IMG/VR virus record: IMGVR_UViG_3300014208_000063
Coordinates: 1 to 45,482 of that record
Source: a virus
Lineage: Duplodnaviria > Caudoviricetes
Length of the DNA stretch: 45,482 nucleotides
Direction: 5' to 3' (one strand)
Shown here: piece after piece, positions 1-9,609 of the stretch
Layout: every line of letters starts with the position of its first letter
How positions within the stretch are numbered: the stretch's first letter is position 1
The notes under the pieces: model-generated
Told to the model about the DNA's origin: nothing
Database searches by the model: none
Seen by the model: only the letters and a program-made list of their open reading frames with translations
Program-made: the position numbers and the translations under genes

Positions 1-17
1 GATAGAATTTATAGTCC
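1..17. repeat. Terminal direct repeat (circular assembly overlap), left copy
   Basis: GATAGAATTTATAGTCC at 1-17 is identical to 45466-45482. Confidence 0.95.
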
Positions 18-543
18 TGATATAATTATTGTACACTCTACTGTGCCTATAGGGACTACTAGAAAATTAGGTTATAAAGCAGTACATTCTCCAGTGAGAG
101 GAGTTCATCCTAATTTAGAAGAAGGTATAAGAACATTTGTTAAATATATAGGGGCAACAGATACAGAAACTGGCTATGAAGTAACACAATTATTTGAAGA
201 ATATGACTTAACACCTAGCAGTATTTGTGACCCAGAAGATACAGAAGCTGGTAAACTTTTATCTACTACTTACTATGGTTGGAATATTCTATTTGAAAAG
301 CTAGTACATAAGTTCTGTAAAGATAATAGTCTAGACTTTGATATAGTATATACAGACTTTAATAACACCTATAATGATGGTTATAAAGAACTAGCTATGG
401 ATTATGTAGTAAGACCAGTATTAAAACACATAGAGGGAGAAATAGGTGGTCATTGTGTAATCCCTAACTGTAAGATATTAGATTTTGACCCAGCAAAAAT
501 AATAGCAACATACAATGAAGAAATTAAAAAGAGTAAAAGTTAG
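1..543 (+). CDS. UDP-glucose/GDP-mannose dehydrogenase family protein, C-terminal part (continues from 45298 across the junction)
   Basis: Motifs IIVHSTVPIGTT, EAGKLLSTTY (Lys) and GGHC (catalytic Cys). In frame with the N-terminal Rossmann part at 45298-45465. Confidence 0.85.
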   Translation, partial: DRIYSPDIIIVHSTVPIGTTRKLGYKAVHSPVRGVHPNLEEGIRTFVKYIGATDTETGYEVTQLFEEYDLTPSSICDPEDTEAGKLLSTTYYGWNILFEKLVHKFCKDNSLDFDIVYTDFNNTYNDGYKELAMDYVVRPVLKHIEGEIGGHCVIPNCKILDFDPAKIIATYNEEIKKSKS

Positions 544-772
544 CTGGCAGGATATTACATCTGATTTTAGCTGGCAAGAGGATATACAAGAAGTAATAAA
601 GGATTTTAAAAAAGATATATGTGAATCATTTGGCTATGTTATATATGAAGATAAAGATATATTAGTTATTGCTCCTGATATTATATGGAGAGATAAAGAA
701 ATAGATAGATTTAGTTATCAAATAATACCAAAGAAACCAATTAAAGAGATTGTAGTTCTACCCCCCAACTAG
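515..772 (+). CDS. Hypothetical phage protein
   Basis: 85-aa ORF overlapping the upstream stop; no function recognised. Confidence 0.65.
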   Translation: MKKLKRVKVSWQDITSDFSWQEDIQEVIKDFKKDICESFGYVIYEDKDILVIAPDIIWRDKEIDRFSYQIIPKKPIKEIVVLPPN

Positions 773-830
773 GGGAAAAACTTTTTTCACCCCCTTTCCA
801 ACTTAGCCAAATTTGTTGGATTGGGAGGTA
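759..830 (+). other. Intergenic branched stem-loop upstream of the packaging genes
   Basis: TACCCCCCAA/TTGGGAGGTA closing stem with inner GGGGAAAAA/TTTTTTCACCCC and TCCAAC/GTTGGA helices. Confidence 0.5.
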
Positions 831-899
831 AAACTATAAACATATGTGGATAGCAATAATAATTTTAATAGTATTAATAGCCAGTAGTGGAAAAGAAAT

Positions 900-1034
900 A
901 TGAAAGTAGATGGTTTACAGGCTTATAAACAGCCTAATTCTGATGCTTATTATAGAAACTATGATAAAATATTTGGAAATAAAAAGAATAAAAAAGGAAA
1001 TACTGATAGCTCTAGACGAAGCAAAAAGAAATAG
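900..1034 (+). CDS. Small basic hypothetical protein (44 aa, not in ORF track)
   Basis: MKVDGLQAYKQPNSDAYYRNYDKIFGNKK...; ATGA-coupled to a 19-aa upstream ORF. Confidence 0.4.
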   Translation: MKVDGLQAYKQPNSDAYYRNYDKIFGNKKNKKGNTDSSRRSKKK

Positions 1035-1128
1035 AGACTATTATATAATTGACCAATTAAAGAATAGACTAAGAAAGTTAAAGAGAGTTAGGTTAGAATA
1101 TTGAAAACCTAAAAAAACCTAAAGTATT

Positions 1129-1443
1129 ATGGCAGGAGATATATCAAGAAAAAATGGAGAACTTGGTGGCAGACCCAAAGGAGAAAGTCCTGTTACTAAG
1201 TTAAAGAAGAAACTTAAACAGCATTTTAGAGATGATGAAATTGATGATTTAATAGCTAGTGCTAAAGTTAAAGCTGAAACATCTGATAAAATGTTAATGT
1301 TTTTATTAGAGCATATATTTGGTAAAGCTAGACAGAATATAGGTTTAGATGGTGGAGAAGATAATGAGCCTATTAAAATGGATATGACAGTTGATGAAGC
1401 AATAAATAAAATATATGGCAGTAAAGGAAGCGACAGCAAATAA
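1129..1443 (+). CDS. terS: Terminase small subunit
   Basis: N-terminal GGRPKG motif, 104 aa, overlaps the terL start. Confidence 0.75.
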   Translation: MAGDISRKNGELGGRPKGESPVTKLKKKLKQHFRDDEIDDLIASAKVKAETSDKMLMFLLEHIFGKARQNIGLDGGEDNEPIKMDMTVDEAINKIYGSKGSDSK

Positions 1444-2860
1444 CTTAGTTCATACTGCTTATTTTAGTGGAGTACCTAAAGACCAATTAAAGAACTTTTT
1501 ATTAAGAGGATATAGTCCATTACCTTGGCAGATGAAGTTTCACGCTGAGGCAAGGAGAGCTGATCAGGAAGGATATGCTACTGATGTAGGTTGTGGTGGA
1601 GCTAGAGGCCCTGGTAAGAGCCACGCAGTATTTGCTCAAGTTACATTAGATGATTGTCAGAGAATACCAGGATTAAAAGCATTGTTCCTTAGACAAACAG
1701 GCAGAGCTGCTAAAGAATCATTTGAAGACTTAATTGATAGAGTGTTATCTGGTAAGATAAACTATAAGTACAGAGGACAGCCAGGACAAGTATCGTTTGA
1801 AAATGGCTCTAAGGTTATTCTAGGAGGATTTAAAGACGAAAGAGATATAGACCAGTACATTGGAATTGAATATGATATTATAGCTATAGAAGAGTTAAAC
1901 CAGCTTACAGATAACAAGGTAGAAAAGCTAAAAGGTTCTTTAAGAACAAGTAAAAAGAATTGGCGACCTAGAACTTACAACTCATTTAACCCTGGTGGTA
2001 TAGGTCATTTGTATGTTAAAGAGAAGTTTGTAGACCCTTATTATCAGCACAAACAGACTAAGACAGTATTTATACCTAGTACTTATTTGGACAATCCTTA
2101 TCTTAATGTAGAATATACTGATTATTTAGAGAATTTAAGTGGTAATCTAGGTAAGGCTTGGAGAGAGGGTAACTTTGATATATTTGATGGACAGTTCTTT
2201 GGAGAGTGGAATGTAATAAAGCACGTTATAAATCCTTTTGCTGTACCTAAACATTGGAACAGATACAGAGCTTATGACCACGGTAGAAATGCCCCAGCTT
2301 GTTGTAAGTGGTATGCAGTAGATGAATATGGACAAGTGTTTGTTTATAGGGAATTGTATAAAGCTGGAATGAATGTAGATGAGTTGGCTAAGGAGATTGT
2401 AAGATTATCAGAAGGCGAAGAGTATGTCTTTTCAGTAGCTGACCCTAGTATATTTGCTCAACACGGATTTGTAGATAGTTTTGGTGGACAAACAATAGCT
2501 GAATCATTTGCTAGACAAGGTGTTATATGGACACCAGCAAGTAATCGTAGAGTAGATGGTTGGTCTATTATGCATCAGTATTTAGACTGTAAGAGTGGCG
2601 ACCCTAAGATGAGATACTTTAATACTTGCCACGATAGTATTAGAACAATACCAGGACAAATACACGATGATAAGAAACCAGAAGATTTAGATACTAAGGG
2701 TGAAGACCACGCAGTAGATACAGACAGATATTTCTTATTAGCACTACACGAATCATCAGCACCTAGACTAAAGACTGAAACTGAATTAAAATTAGATAAG
2801 ATGAAGGAGTCTAGTGGACTATCCCCAGAAGCATTAAATGAATTTTATTATAAAAAATAG
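1415..2860 (+). CDS. terL: Terminase large subunit
   Basis: Walker A GGARGPGKS, Walker B IAIEE, coupling motif FNPGG, C-terminal RNase H-like nuclease (YDHG...DPS...DHAVD). Confidence 0.95.
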   Translation: MAVKEATANNLVHTAYFSGVPKDQLKNFLLRGYSPLPWQMKFHAEARRADQEGYATDVGCGGARGPGKSHAVFAQVTLDDCQRIPGLKALFLRQTGRAAKESFEDLIDRVLSGKINYKYRGQPGQVSFENGSKVILGGFKDERDIDQYIGIEYDIIAIEELNQLTDNKVEKLKGSLRTSKKNWRPRTYNSFNPGGIGHLYVKEKFVDPYYQHKQTKTVFIPSTYLDNPYLNVEYTDYLENLSGNLGKAWREGNFDIFDGQFFGEWNVIKHVINPFAVPKHWNRYRAYDHGRNAPACCKWYAVDEYGQVFVYRELYKAGMNVDELAKEIVRLSEGEEYVFSVADPSIFAQHGFVDSFGGQTIAESFARQGVIWTPASNRRVDGWSIMHQYLDCKSGDPKMRYFNTCHDSIRTIPGQIHDDKKPEDLDTKGEDHAVDTDRYFLLALHESSAPRLKTETELKLDKMKESSGLSPEALNEFYYKK

Positions 2861-2861
2861 T

Positions 2862-4916
2862 ATGGAAGAACAATACAAAGGAGGGTTTAAAGAAAGCCTA
2901 CTTAACAAGCGAGAGTTAGAAGACTTTAAACACGCTCAAAAAAGAATAGAACAGCTTAAAGATAATCGTAAAGACCATTATGGTGTTGATTTAGATGACC
3001 TATGGGCTGAAGCTGATAGAGATTATGCTCCTCATAGGCTTAATTCTACAGGTAAACGATATGTTGTTACTGATGAAGATAAAGGTTGGAGAGGTGCTTT
3101 AGTTAGATTAGGTAGTAGTGATTGGCAGTCAGATATTGCTCAGTCTAATCCGTTTGTTAAAATACAAACAGCTTTATCTATTTTAGTAGACCAGAACCCT
3201 AGTGGTGTATTTACTCCAGTATTAAAGAAATTCCAAGCTACTACTGAACTTATACATCAGTTGTATAAGCGTAGTTGGGAAGTAGCTAGAAGTAAATCAC
3301 AGCTTAAACTATTTATATTTAACCTAACTAAGTATGGTTGGGCTATTGGTCGTACATTTCCTTTGAAATTAGTAAGAACAGTTAAAGTATTAAAGGTTCT
3401 TAATCCTGATGACCCATCAAAGAACGAGTACGAAGAAAAGAAAGTTGTAGACTATGATGATGTTATGAGAGAGAATCTAGACCCTCGTAATACTTGGATA
3501 GATGATATGACCAGACCAAATGATTATGATTCAATGAACGACTGGTGTTATCGTAAGGTCTATACAATGGAACAAGCCAAGAAAGAGTTTGGTAAGTATA
3601 AGTTTTGGAAGTATGTTAAGCCTGGTGGAACTTTAGACGAAACCTTAACTGATAACGCTAAAAAGAGTGATAAGGATACAGTTAGAGATGACTTAGTAGA
3701 GGCTTACTTCTACGAGAACCTAGCTAGAGATTTATTCTATGTAGAATTTAATGGAGTACCTCTTGTTATAGAACCACTACCAGTATCAAACTATAATGGC
3801 TCTAAGAAACTATCTTGTTGGCATACTTATTGGAATATTAGACACGCTGAATCTCCATACGGTATAGGGGTATATGAAGCTATTAGATACCAGAACTCAA
3901 TGTTGGATAGAATTACTAATATGACTATTGACCAGTTGACCTTGAGTATTTATAAGATGTTCTTTTATCAAGGAACTGATAAGCTAACTGAAACAGGAGA
4001 CTTTAGAATCTCCCCAGGGGTAGGCAAACAAGTATTAGATCCTAAAAGTATTAATTGGTTGGAAACACCTGGTCCAGGTAGAGATGCTTGGGAAGGATTA
4101 CAGTATTTCCAAGATAAGATAGATGAGTATTCAGGAATAGGCGACCCTCTATTAGGGGCTGTAACAGGTAAAACAGCCTTTGAGATAGCTCAAGCTAAGG
4201 AAGCTGCCTTAAAGCGTCTTAAAGACCCTTTAAACAATATTCTAGAAGCTCTTAACACTGAGGCTTATATTACTATTTCCCTTATGCAGTTAATGTATTC
4301 TATACCTGAAACTCACGTTATATCTGACCCTGACTTAATGCAGAGATATTTAGAAGAAGTACAGGCAGACCCAGAGCTATATGAAAGAAATGAAAATGAT
4401 GAATTTGTAGCTAAGATATACAGACAGTTTCCACTTAACCTAGATGAAGACGAAAACAAGAACTTAATAGAAACTGATGAAACTAAATTCTTTAGAATTA
4501 AACCTAAATATCTAAACTGGGAGGGTATAGTAAATATCAAGAGTCAATCAATACTTTCACCTTCTAAACAGATTGATAAGGCAATGGATATTGAAATGTA
4601 TAACCTATTAACTCCTTGGGTTTCTATACCTAATGGACAACAGTTATTTGGTAAAATGGCTAAATCACTTATTAAGCATTACGATAAAGACCCTAAGGAA
4701 ATATTACCTGATAGCTGGATAAACGAACAACCACAGCAACCACAGCAGTTACCTCAGCCTCAAGGACAACCACAGGGACAACAAGGAGGAGGATTATTTA
4801 CTAAAGCTAATACAAACATAGGAACTCAGACAGGGCAGAATCCTCAAGCTGGTGGAGGTTTATTTCAAAAGATAGGACAAATGGCATCTAAATTAAATCC
4901 ATTTAGAAATCAATGA
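2862..4916 (+). CDS. Portal protein (P22/podovirus-like)
   Basis: About 680 aa directly after terL; SPYGIG and TAFE motifs typical of P22-like portals; Gln/Pro-rich C-terminal tail. Start moved to the ATG after the terL stop. Confidence 0.85.
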   Translation: MEEQYKGGFKESLLNKRELEDFKHAQKRIEQLKDNRKDHYGVDLDDLWAEADRDYAPHRLNSTGKRYVVTDEDKGWRGALVRLGSSDWQSDIAQSNPFVKIQTALSILVDQNPSGVFTPVLKKFQATTELIHQLYKRSWEVARSKSQLKLFIFNLTKYGWAIGRTFPLKLVRTVKVLKVLNPDDPSKNEYEEKKVVDYDDVMRENLDPRNTWIDDMTRPNDYDSMNDWCYRKVYTMEQAKKEFGKYKFWKYVKPGGTLDETLTDNAKKSDKDTVRDDLVEAYFYENLARDLFYVEFNGVPLVIEPLPVSNYNGSKKLSCWHTYWNIRHAESPYGIGVYEAIRYQNSMLDRITNMTIDQLTLSIYKMFFYQGTDKLTETGDFRISPGVGKQVLDPKSINWLETPGPGRDAWEGLQYFQDKIDEYSGIGDPLLGAVTGKTAFEIAQAKEAALKRLKDPLNNILEALNTEAYITISLMQLMYSIPETHVISDPDLMQRYLEEVQADPELYERNENDEFVAKIYRQFPLNLDEDENKNLIETDETKFFRIKPKYLNWEGIVNIKSQSILSPSKQIDKAMDIEMYNLLTPWVSIPNGQQLFGKMAKSLIKHYDKDPKEILPDSWINEQPQQPQQLPQPQGQPQGQQGGGLFTKANTNIGTQTGQNPQAGGGLFQKIGQMASKLNPFRNQ

Positions 4917-5140
4917 TAAGTCAAGCAGAAAGAAAACAATTAAAATCACTTATACAGTCTGGAGCTTGGACTGCAGTTGATAATTTTGCCAATGATTATA
5001 TTAATTCAATACGCCAACGATCTGTGGTTAGAGATACTGAGTGGAATACACTTAAAGAATCTTTAACCAATGAAGGACAGGTTAGAGGTATCACAAGTTT
5101 TATTAATTCGTTAATAGAGGAAGCAAATAGAAATGACTAA
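4913..5140 (+). CDS. Hypothetical protein (small helical protein after portal)
   Basis: ATGA overlap with portal; 75 aa. Confidence 0.7.
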   Translation: MISQAERKQLKSLIQSGAWTAVDNFANDYINSIRQRSVVRDTEWNTLKESLTNEGQVRGITSFINSLIEEANRND

Positions 5141-5225
5141 ATTAGAAACCTATATCCAATTTGCCAAGTTAGTCTTTGGCTTATATGGACTAATAGTATT
5201 AACTTACATAGCAATACGCATATGA
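5133..5225 (+). CDS. Small single-pass membrane peptide (30 aa, not in ORF track)
   Basis: MTKLETYIQFAKLVFGLYGLIVLTYIAIRI; fills the gap and is ATGA-coupled to groES. Confidence 0.45.
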   Translation: MTKLETYIQFAKLVFGLYGLIVLTYIAIRI

Positions 5226-5476
5226 TTAAACCCTTACAAGACTATGTTGTCTTAGAAGAAATTAAAAAGGAAAGTAAACTAATTATTGTTGATGGAGTAG
5301 ATTTTGAACCTACTCACAGAGCTACAGTAATTGAGATGGGAGAGAATAGTAAACTTCCAATTAAATCAGGCGATACTGTTTTGATTAAAGAGTATGGCTT
5401 TGAAAAGTTAAAGTTAGAAGATAAGAAGGAAATTCTTATCGGTAAAGAAGAAAACATTTACGCAATAATCAAATGA
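5222..5476 (+). CDS. groES: Co-chaperonin GroES-like protein
   Basis: MIKPLQDYVVLE start, IKSGDTVL, and EENIYAII end match the Cpn10 pattern. Confidence 0.8.
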   Translation: MIKPLQDYVVLEEIKKESKLIIVDGVDFEPTHRATVIEMGENSKLPIKSGDTVLIKEYGFEKLKLEDKKEILIGKEENIYAIIK

Positions 5477-5874
5477 TTACCTATCACGAGAAATTTAGAA
5501 TGCCAGACCTTAATAAACAAAATGATTGGTTTTTAGAGGTTAATTGGAATCCTAAAGATAAAAAGATAAATGACTGTAAAATTGTAAGAGTTACTTTCCC
5601 TGACGGTAAAGAGGCTTTGATAGAACGAGAGAAATTACACGCTGTATTGTTTGCTATTGGTAGAGCAGATGAACAACGTGAATTAGTTCCTCAAACTCAA
5701 ACCAGAGTAATGAAGTTTAAAAAGTTGTTAAAGGTTAAGGCTTTTAAGAATATGGAAAAAGGTGAAGAGTTAATATTTCCTTATGAATTTGAAGTGCCAA
5801 TAGCTCAAATAGAAACTATTGGTAAAGCACCTAAGCAACACGTTATAGGTTCTAATGAAAAGTTGATTAAATAA
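5473..5874 (+). CDS. Hypothetical protein
   Basis: 133-aa ORF coupled to groES. Confidence 0.7.
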   Translation: MITYHEKFRMPDLNKQNDWFLEVNWNPKDKKINDCKIVRVTFPDGKEALIEREKLHAVLFAIGRADEQRELVPQTQTRVMKFKKLLKVKAFKNMEKGEELIFPYEFEVPIAQIETIGKAPKQHVIGSNEKLIK

Positions 5875-5875
5875 T

Positions 5876-5904
5876 TTGCCAAGCGTCTAAAAATTAGTTA
5901 AAAT
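5876..5904 (+). promoter_or_regulatory. sigma70-type promoter, probably leaderless
   Basis: TTGCCA-17 nt-TAAAAT, with ATG 7 nt downstream at 5912. Confidence 0.6.
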
Positions 5905-5911
5905 TAAGTAT

Positions 5912-6355
5912 ATGCCAAAAGAAACAACAAATGCTCTATTAAAAGAGCTGATAGGAGAAATTAAATCCCTTAAAGAAGAATTAAAACCTAAGGAAGGTCC
6001 AAGGGTTGAACCAGTCAAAGAGGAAACTAAACCCGAAGAAGGTGGACCAACTATACCTGCTTCTGCTCCAGTTCCTACTGAATACAGAGAAGTAGTTAAA
6101 ACAGTTTTAAATGACCAATTTGGTGTTAAAGTTATACCTTTAGCAGATAGACCAGCTTTTCAGTTGGAAATTACTGTACCTCAGAAGTATAGCAACGCTA
6201 CCAAAGAATATATTGAAACTTATGGTGGAGATTTAAGGTCAAGAGTAGTAGATTATGCTCAAGGTTCTAATGGAGTAAGAGATTGGTGTGAAACAGTTTA
6301 TAAAAACTTAGGAGCTGAAATACAAGCGTTAATAGTATCAGATAGAAATAAATAA
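5912..6355 (+). CDS. Hypothetical protein
   Basis: 147-aa ORF in the head module. Confidence 0.7.
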   Translation: MPKETTNALLKELIGEIKSLKEELKPKEGPRVEPVKEETKPEEGGPTIPASAPVPTEYREVVKTVLNDQFGVKVIPLADRPAFQLEITVPQKYSNATKEYIETYGGDLRSRVVDYAQGSNGVRDWCETVYKNLGAEIQALIVSDRNK

Positions 6356-6356
6356 T

Positions 6357-6584
6357 ATGTCAGAAGAAATGAAACCAGTAGTCTATATTCCCTATGATAG
6401 ACTAACAGCTGGAAAAGATTGGGAGATAGGACAAACTTACAGAATTAAATTGATAGTTAAACAAAAAACCAAAGACGAAGATGGTGCTATGTTTGAAATT
6501 ATAGATGCTTCATCTTTAGAAATGCCTGGTCGTAAAGAAAGAGCTGAAATACATTCAGACAGTGGTACATATAAAGGAGCTTAA
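6357..6584 (+). CDS. Hypothetical protein
   Basis: 75-aa ORF, TAATATG-coupled. Confidence 0.65.
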   Translation: MSEEMKPVVYIPYDRLTAGKDWEIGQTYRIKLIVKQKTKDEDGAMFEIIDASSLEMPGRKERAEIHSDSGTYKGA

Positions 6585-6626
6585 GCTCTAACCGAAGCCT
6601 CTTAGGAGGTTTTGGCCAGTGCTTAA
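6581..6626 (+). other. Intergenic stem-loop upstream of the scaffold gene
   Basis: TTAAGC/GCTTAA enclosing CCGAAGCCTC-TTAG-GAGGTTTTGG. Confidence 0.5.
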
Positions 6627-6685
6627 CTGGATTTAATTAGCATATCTCGGCCCTTCATCCGAGTAAAAACAGGAAGTAAAAAAGT

Positions 6686-7507
6686 ATGTCAAAAAACATA
6701 GTGGGAGCAATCCCAGAGTTCACCGATGGTGGACAAGAGGAGGTTAAAGAACCTATTAAGGTGGAGACGGAAACTCCAAGCAGTCCTCCTGCAGAAATTA
6801 AACCTGTTGAGGAAGTTCAAGAACCAGAACGAAAATTTGAACAAGTCAGCGAAGATGCTTTAAAGGATGAGAAAGATGATGGCGTTGTTGAAGTTCCAGA
6901 GGAACGATATGTTCCTAAGGAGCAATTTGACAAAGCTACGCAGGGCCTACGTGATGAAATTGTTTATTTAAAAGGGAAACTTCGTGAAGTTACTGGTACT
7001 GAAAAACGTACCATTGAGAAACAGATTGAAGTTAAAGAAGAACAAGTCAATGAGCTAGAGGACTTAAATCCAACAGACATTGAAATTGTTGAAAAAATCC
7101 TTAAAAGTAAAGGTTATATCACTCAAGCAGAGTCTAAAAAAATGTCTTATGAGAGTACAAAAAATGACATTTTAAATACTTGGCTTGAAAATCACCCTGA
7201 GTATAAACCAGAGAACGATGTAGATGATTCCAAATGGAATGCTCTACAACGTGAGGTAAGTTTATATAAACAACCTGAAGACCCACGAGATATTAAAGAT
7301 AGACTTGACAGGGCTCATCGGGAAATCTCAAAATTTAAAGGCGATCCAACACTATCTGTTAAAAAACAGCAACTTAAAATTGCTGGTGTAGGAGCAGGTG
7401 GAGTGCAACGGTCTTCTTCTAGACCTTCAAAACTTACAGAAGCTCAAAAGGCTATCTATAGGCAAGGAGGTTGGTCGGAAGAGGAAATCTCTCAAATGGA
7501 TAAATAA
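6686..7507 (+). CDS. Capsid scaffolding protein
   Basis: Acidic Glu/Pro-rich N-terminus, coiled-coil middle, C-terminal LTEAQKAIYRQGGWSEEE helix; lies just before the capsid genes. Confidence 0.75.
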   Translation: MSKNIVGAIPEFTDGGQEEVKEPIKVETETPSSPPAEIKPVEEVQEPERKFEQVSEDALKDEKDDGVVEVPEERYVPKEQFDKATQGLRDEIVYLKGKLREVTGTEKRTIEKQIEVKEEQVNELEDLNPTDIEIVEKILKSKGYITQAESKKMSYESTKNDILNTWLENHPEYKPENDVDDSKWNALQREVSLYKQPEDPRDIKDRLDRAHREISKFKGDPTLSVKKQQLKIAGVGAGGVQRSSSRPSKLTEAQKAIYRQGGWSEEEISQMDK

Positions 7508-7523
7508 GTTACCTAACAAATTT

Positions 7524-7994
7524 ATGAGTTTTAGATTAGTTCAAAGTGGTGGAGCTGTTACAGACCCCACAGTAATTAATGTTACAGGCTCAGGTACTAT
7601 TAATAACAACAACCCAGTTGACTGGAACAGAGATGCTGATTATTTAGTTTCTCCAACTACATCAAGTTCAACTTCTACAATGGTATTCGGTATTGCTAAA
7701 AGCTATGCTGAAGGCGAATCAGATACATTTGTAAAAGTTGTTCCTTTTGTACAAGGTCAATTATGGGAAGCTGATTGTGCTAATGCTGCTACCACTGGTC
7801 AAATCGGTGTTAGACAGGCATTAAGTGCTTCAGATAGAGGTGTTATTCATAATCAGGAAACTGATAATGTAAATGGTACTGGAATCTTTTTGCCATATTA
7901 TATGGTAGGAAGTACGTCAGGTAGCGGTAAGTTAGTAGGAAAATTCATCTACACAGACAATGTTGTAGGTCAGAATCAAACTACTTTCATTTAA
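7524..7994 (+). CDS. Putative capsid decoration/stabilisation protein
   Basis: Gly/Thr-rich beta-type protein between scaffold and major capsid; start moved to MSFRL. Confidence 0.6.
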   Translation: MSFRLVQSGGAVTDPTVINVTGSGTINNNNPVDWNRDADYLVSPTTSSSTSTMVFGIAKSYAEGESDTFVKVVPFVQGQLWEADCANAATTGQIGVRQALSASDRGVIHNQETDNVNGTGIFLPYYMVGSTSGSGKLVGKFIYTDNVVGQNQTTFI

Positions 7995-8011
7995 TATTAA
8001 CTTAAAATACT

Positions 8012-9016
8012 ATGGCTAGTGGAGTTCCATTAACTTTAAGTGATGCCGCTGATTTAATTGACGTATCTATTCAAGATATTTGGCTAAAAGGAAGTGAATC
8101 CGAGACAAGTCTATATAAGGAGTATATGAACGTCGAATCAGGCGTTACAGATTACTACTTAAAAGACAGCTCTCTAACAGGCTTAGGTTACGCAGGTAGA
8201 ATTACAGAGAATGCTGCTGTTACAGCTGCTTCTCCTGTACAAGGTTATGACAAAACATATACACAGGTTCAATTCGGTGTATTATTGGCATTTACCAAAC
8301 ATATGTGGTTCTTCGGTATTAAAAAAAGAAATCTTACAAAGATTACTTCCGAAGCTCGCAAGGCTTGCTCTGACTTAAGAGAACTTAGATGTGCTGATTT
8401 GCTAGACAATTCTTTCTCAACTTCTTACTTAGCTCAAGATATTAGTGGCAATTACACAGTAACAATTGCTGGTGGTAATGGTGTAGCTTTTATTTCAGCT
8501 TCTCAAACCAGAGAAGATGGTGGTTCAAACTGGAGCAATCGTGTTACAGATGGATCTACCGTCAATATGGACTTTGAGTATGATGCTTTAAAAGCTGCTC
8601 ACAGAACTGCTGCATTGCAAGTTGGACCAACTGGCAAACCATTAAACATAAGTTTGGATACTTTTGTATGTTCAAGAGGTTACGCTGTTCATAATAGAGC
8701 TGAGGAAATCCTTGGTGCTATGAACAGAGGTTATATGCCTGGCTCTGCTGATTATGATAAATCAGCTGTTGCTAAGTATAGAATACACGCTAATCCTTGG
8801 ATTACTTCAAATACTTCTTATTGGTGGATGTTTGATTCTTCAAAGAAGAACGACAGCTACGGATTCCAATATAAGGAATCACAACCAATTTCATTAGAAG
8901 GTCCAAATGTAGTCTTTAAGACTGGAGAAATCCAATACAAGGCTAGTTTGATGTTTGACATCGGTCACAACGATCCTCGTGGTTGGGTTGGTTCTAAGAA
9001 TACCAACGCTGCTTAG
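8012..9016 (+). CDS. Major capsid protein
   Basis: 334 aa, typical position; C-terminal GHNDPRGWVGS and NPWITS..WW motifs resemble Mu gpT-like HK97-fold capsid proteins. Confidence 0.8.
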   Translation: MASGVPLTLSDAADLIDVSIQDIWLKGSESETSLYKEYMNVESGVTDYYLKDSSLTGLGYAGRITENAAVTAASPVQGYDKTYTQVQFGVLLAFTKHMWFFGIKKRNLTKITSEARKACSDLRELRCADLLDNSFSTSYLAQDISGNYTVTIAGGNGVAFISASQTREDGGSNWSNRVTDGSTVNMDFEYDALKAAHRTAALQVGPTGKPLNISLDTFVCSRGYAVHNRAEEILGAMNRGYMPGSADYDKSAVAKYRIHANPWITSNTSYWWMFDSSKKNDSYGFQYKESQPISLEGPNVVFKTGEIQYKASLMFDIGHNDPRGWVGSKNTNAA

Positions 9017-9067
9017 TAGAGTCTAGCATAGCTCTTTTACTCAATATGCTATTTTACCCTTTTAGGG

Positions 9068-9120
9068 AGTGGGGTATCCGTCTGGATGCCCTTAGTCTGG
9101 GAGAACCAGAATACCCCACT
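9068..9120 (+). other. Branched stem-loop downstream of the capsid gene
   Basis: Perfect 10-bp AGTGGGGTAT/ATACCCCACT stem with inner TCTGG/CCAGA; GGGTATCC/GGATGCCC is an alternative pairing. Confidence 0.55.
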
Positions 9121-9143
9121 ATAAATAATTTATAACTAATAAT

Positions 9144-9605
9144 ATGAATTTAGGCGGATATAACTATACAAATTTCCAAAATGTAAGAGTTAAAGGTAAT
9201 AACTCAGGTGGTCCTGGCTCAGTAAGGTTTCAATCTGGAAGTGCTTATGAACAAACACTAGTAGCAAATGCAGATTACACTGATGCTGACAAAACCGTTA
9301 CTCTACCAGCTAAGACTGGTACAGTAGGTGTTACAGGTACTTTTTCAGTATCACTTCCATCGGCTTTAGGAAATGCTAATTTATATTCTACAGCAGTTAC
9401 CGTAACTGGTATTAGAGCAGAAGATGGATTAGTGGTTTCACCGATTGGAGAAACAGGAACATATACCTATGGAACACAAGGAACAAGATATATTGTTGTT
9501 GGTGCGAAACCTAGCAATGGTTCTATTGTGTTGACTTTTCAAAATCTTGGTCAAGGAACTGGATATATCGAAGGATTAACCTTTGGTTATACAGCAGTAA
9601 GATAA
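9144..9605 (+). CDS. Putative virion (head decoration/fibre) protein
   Basis: Gly/Thr-rich, TVTLPAKTGTV fibre-like motif, follows the capsid gene. Confidence 0.55.
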   Translation: MNLGGYNYTNFQNVRVKGNNSGGPGSVRFQSGSAYEQTLVANADYTDADKTVTLPAKTGTVGVTGTFSVSLPSALGNANLYSTAVTVTGIRAEDGLVVSPIGETGTYTYGTQGTRYIVVGAKPSNGSIVLTFQNLGQGTGYIEGLTFGYTAVR

Positions 9606-9609
9606 AACT

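Noticed and set aside
845-853. DnaA-like box TGTGGATAG
   Set aside because: Single imperfect match inside a probable tiny ORF (MWIAII...), with no adjacent promoter
4725-4870. Gln/Pro/Gly low-complexity repeats at the portal 3' end
   Set aside because: Common disordered tail of podovirus portals
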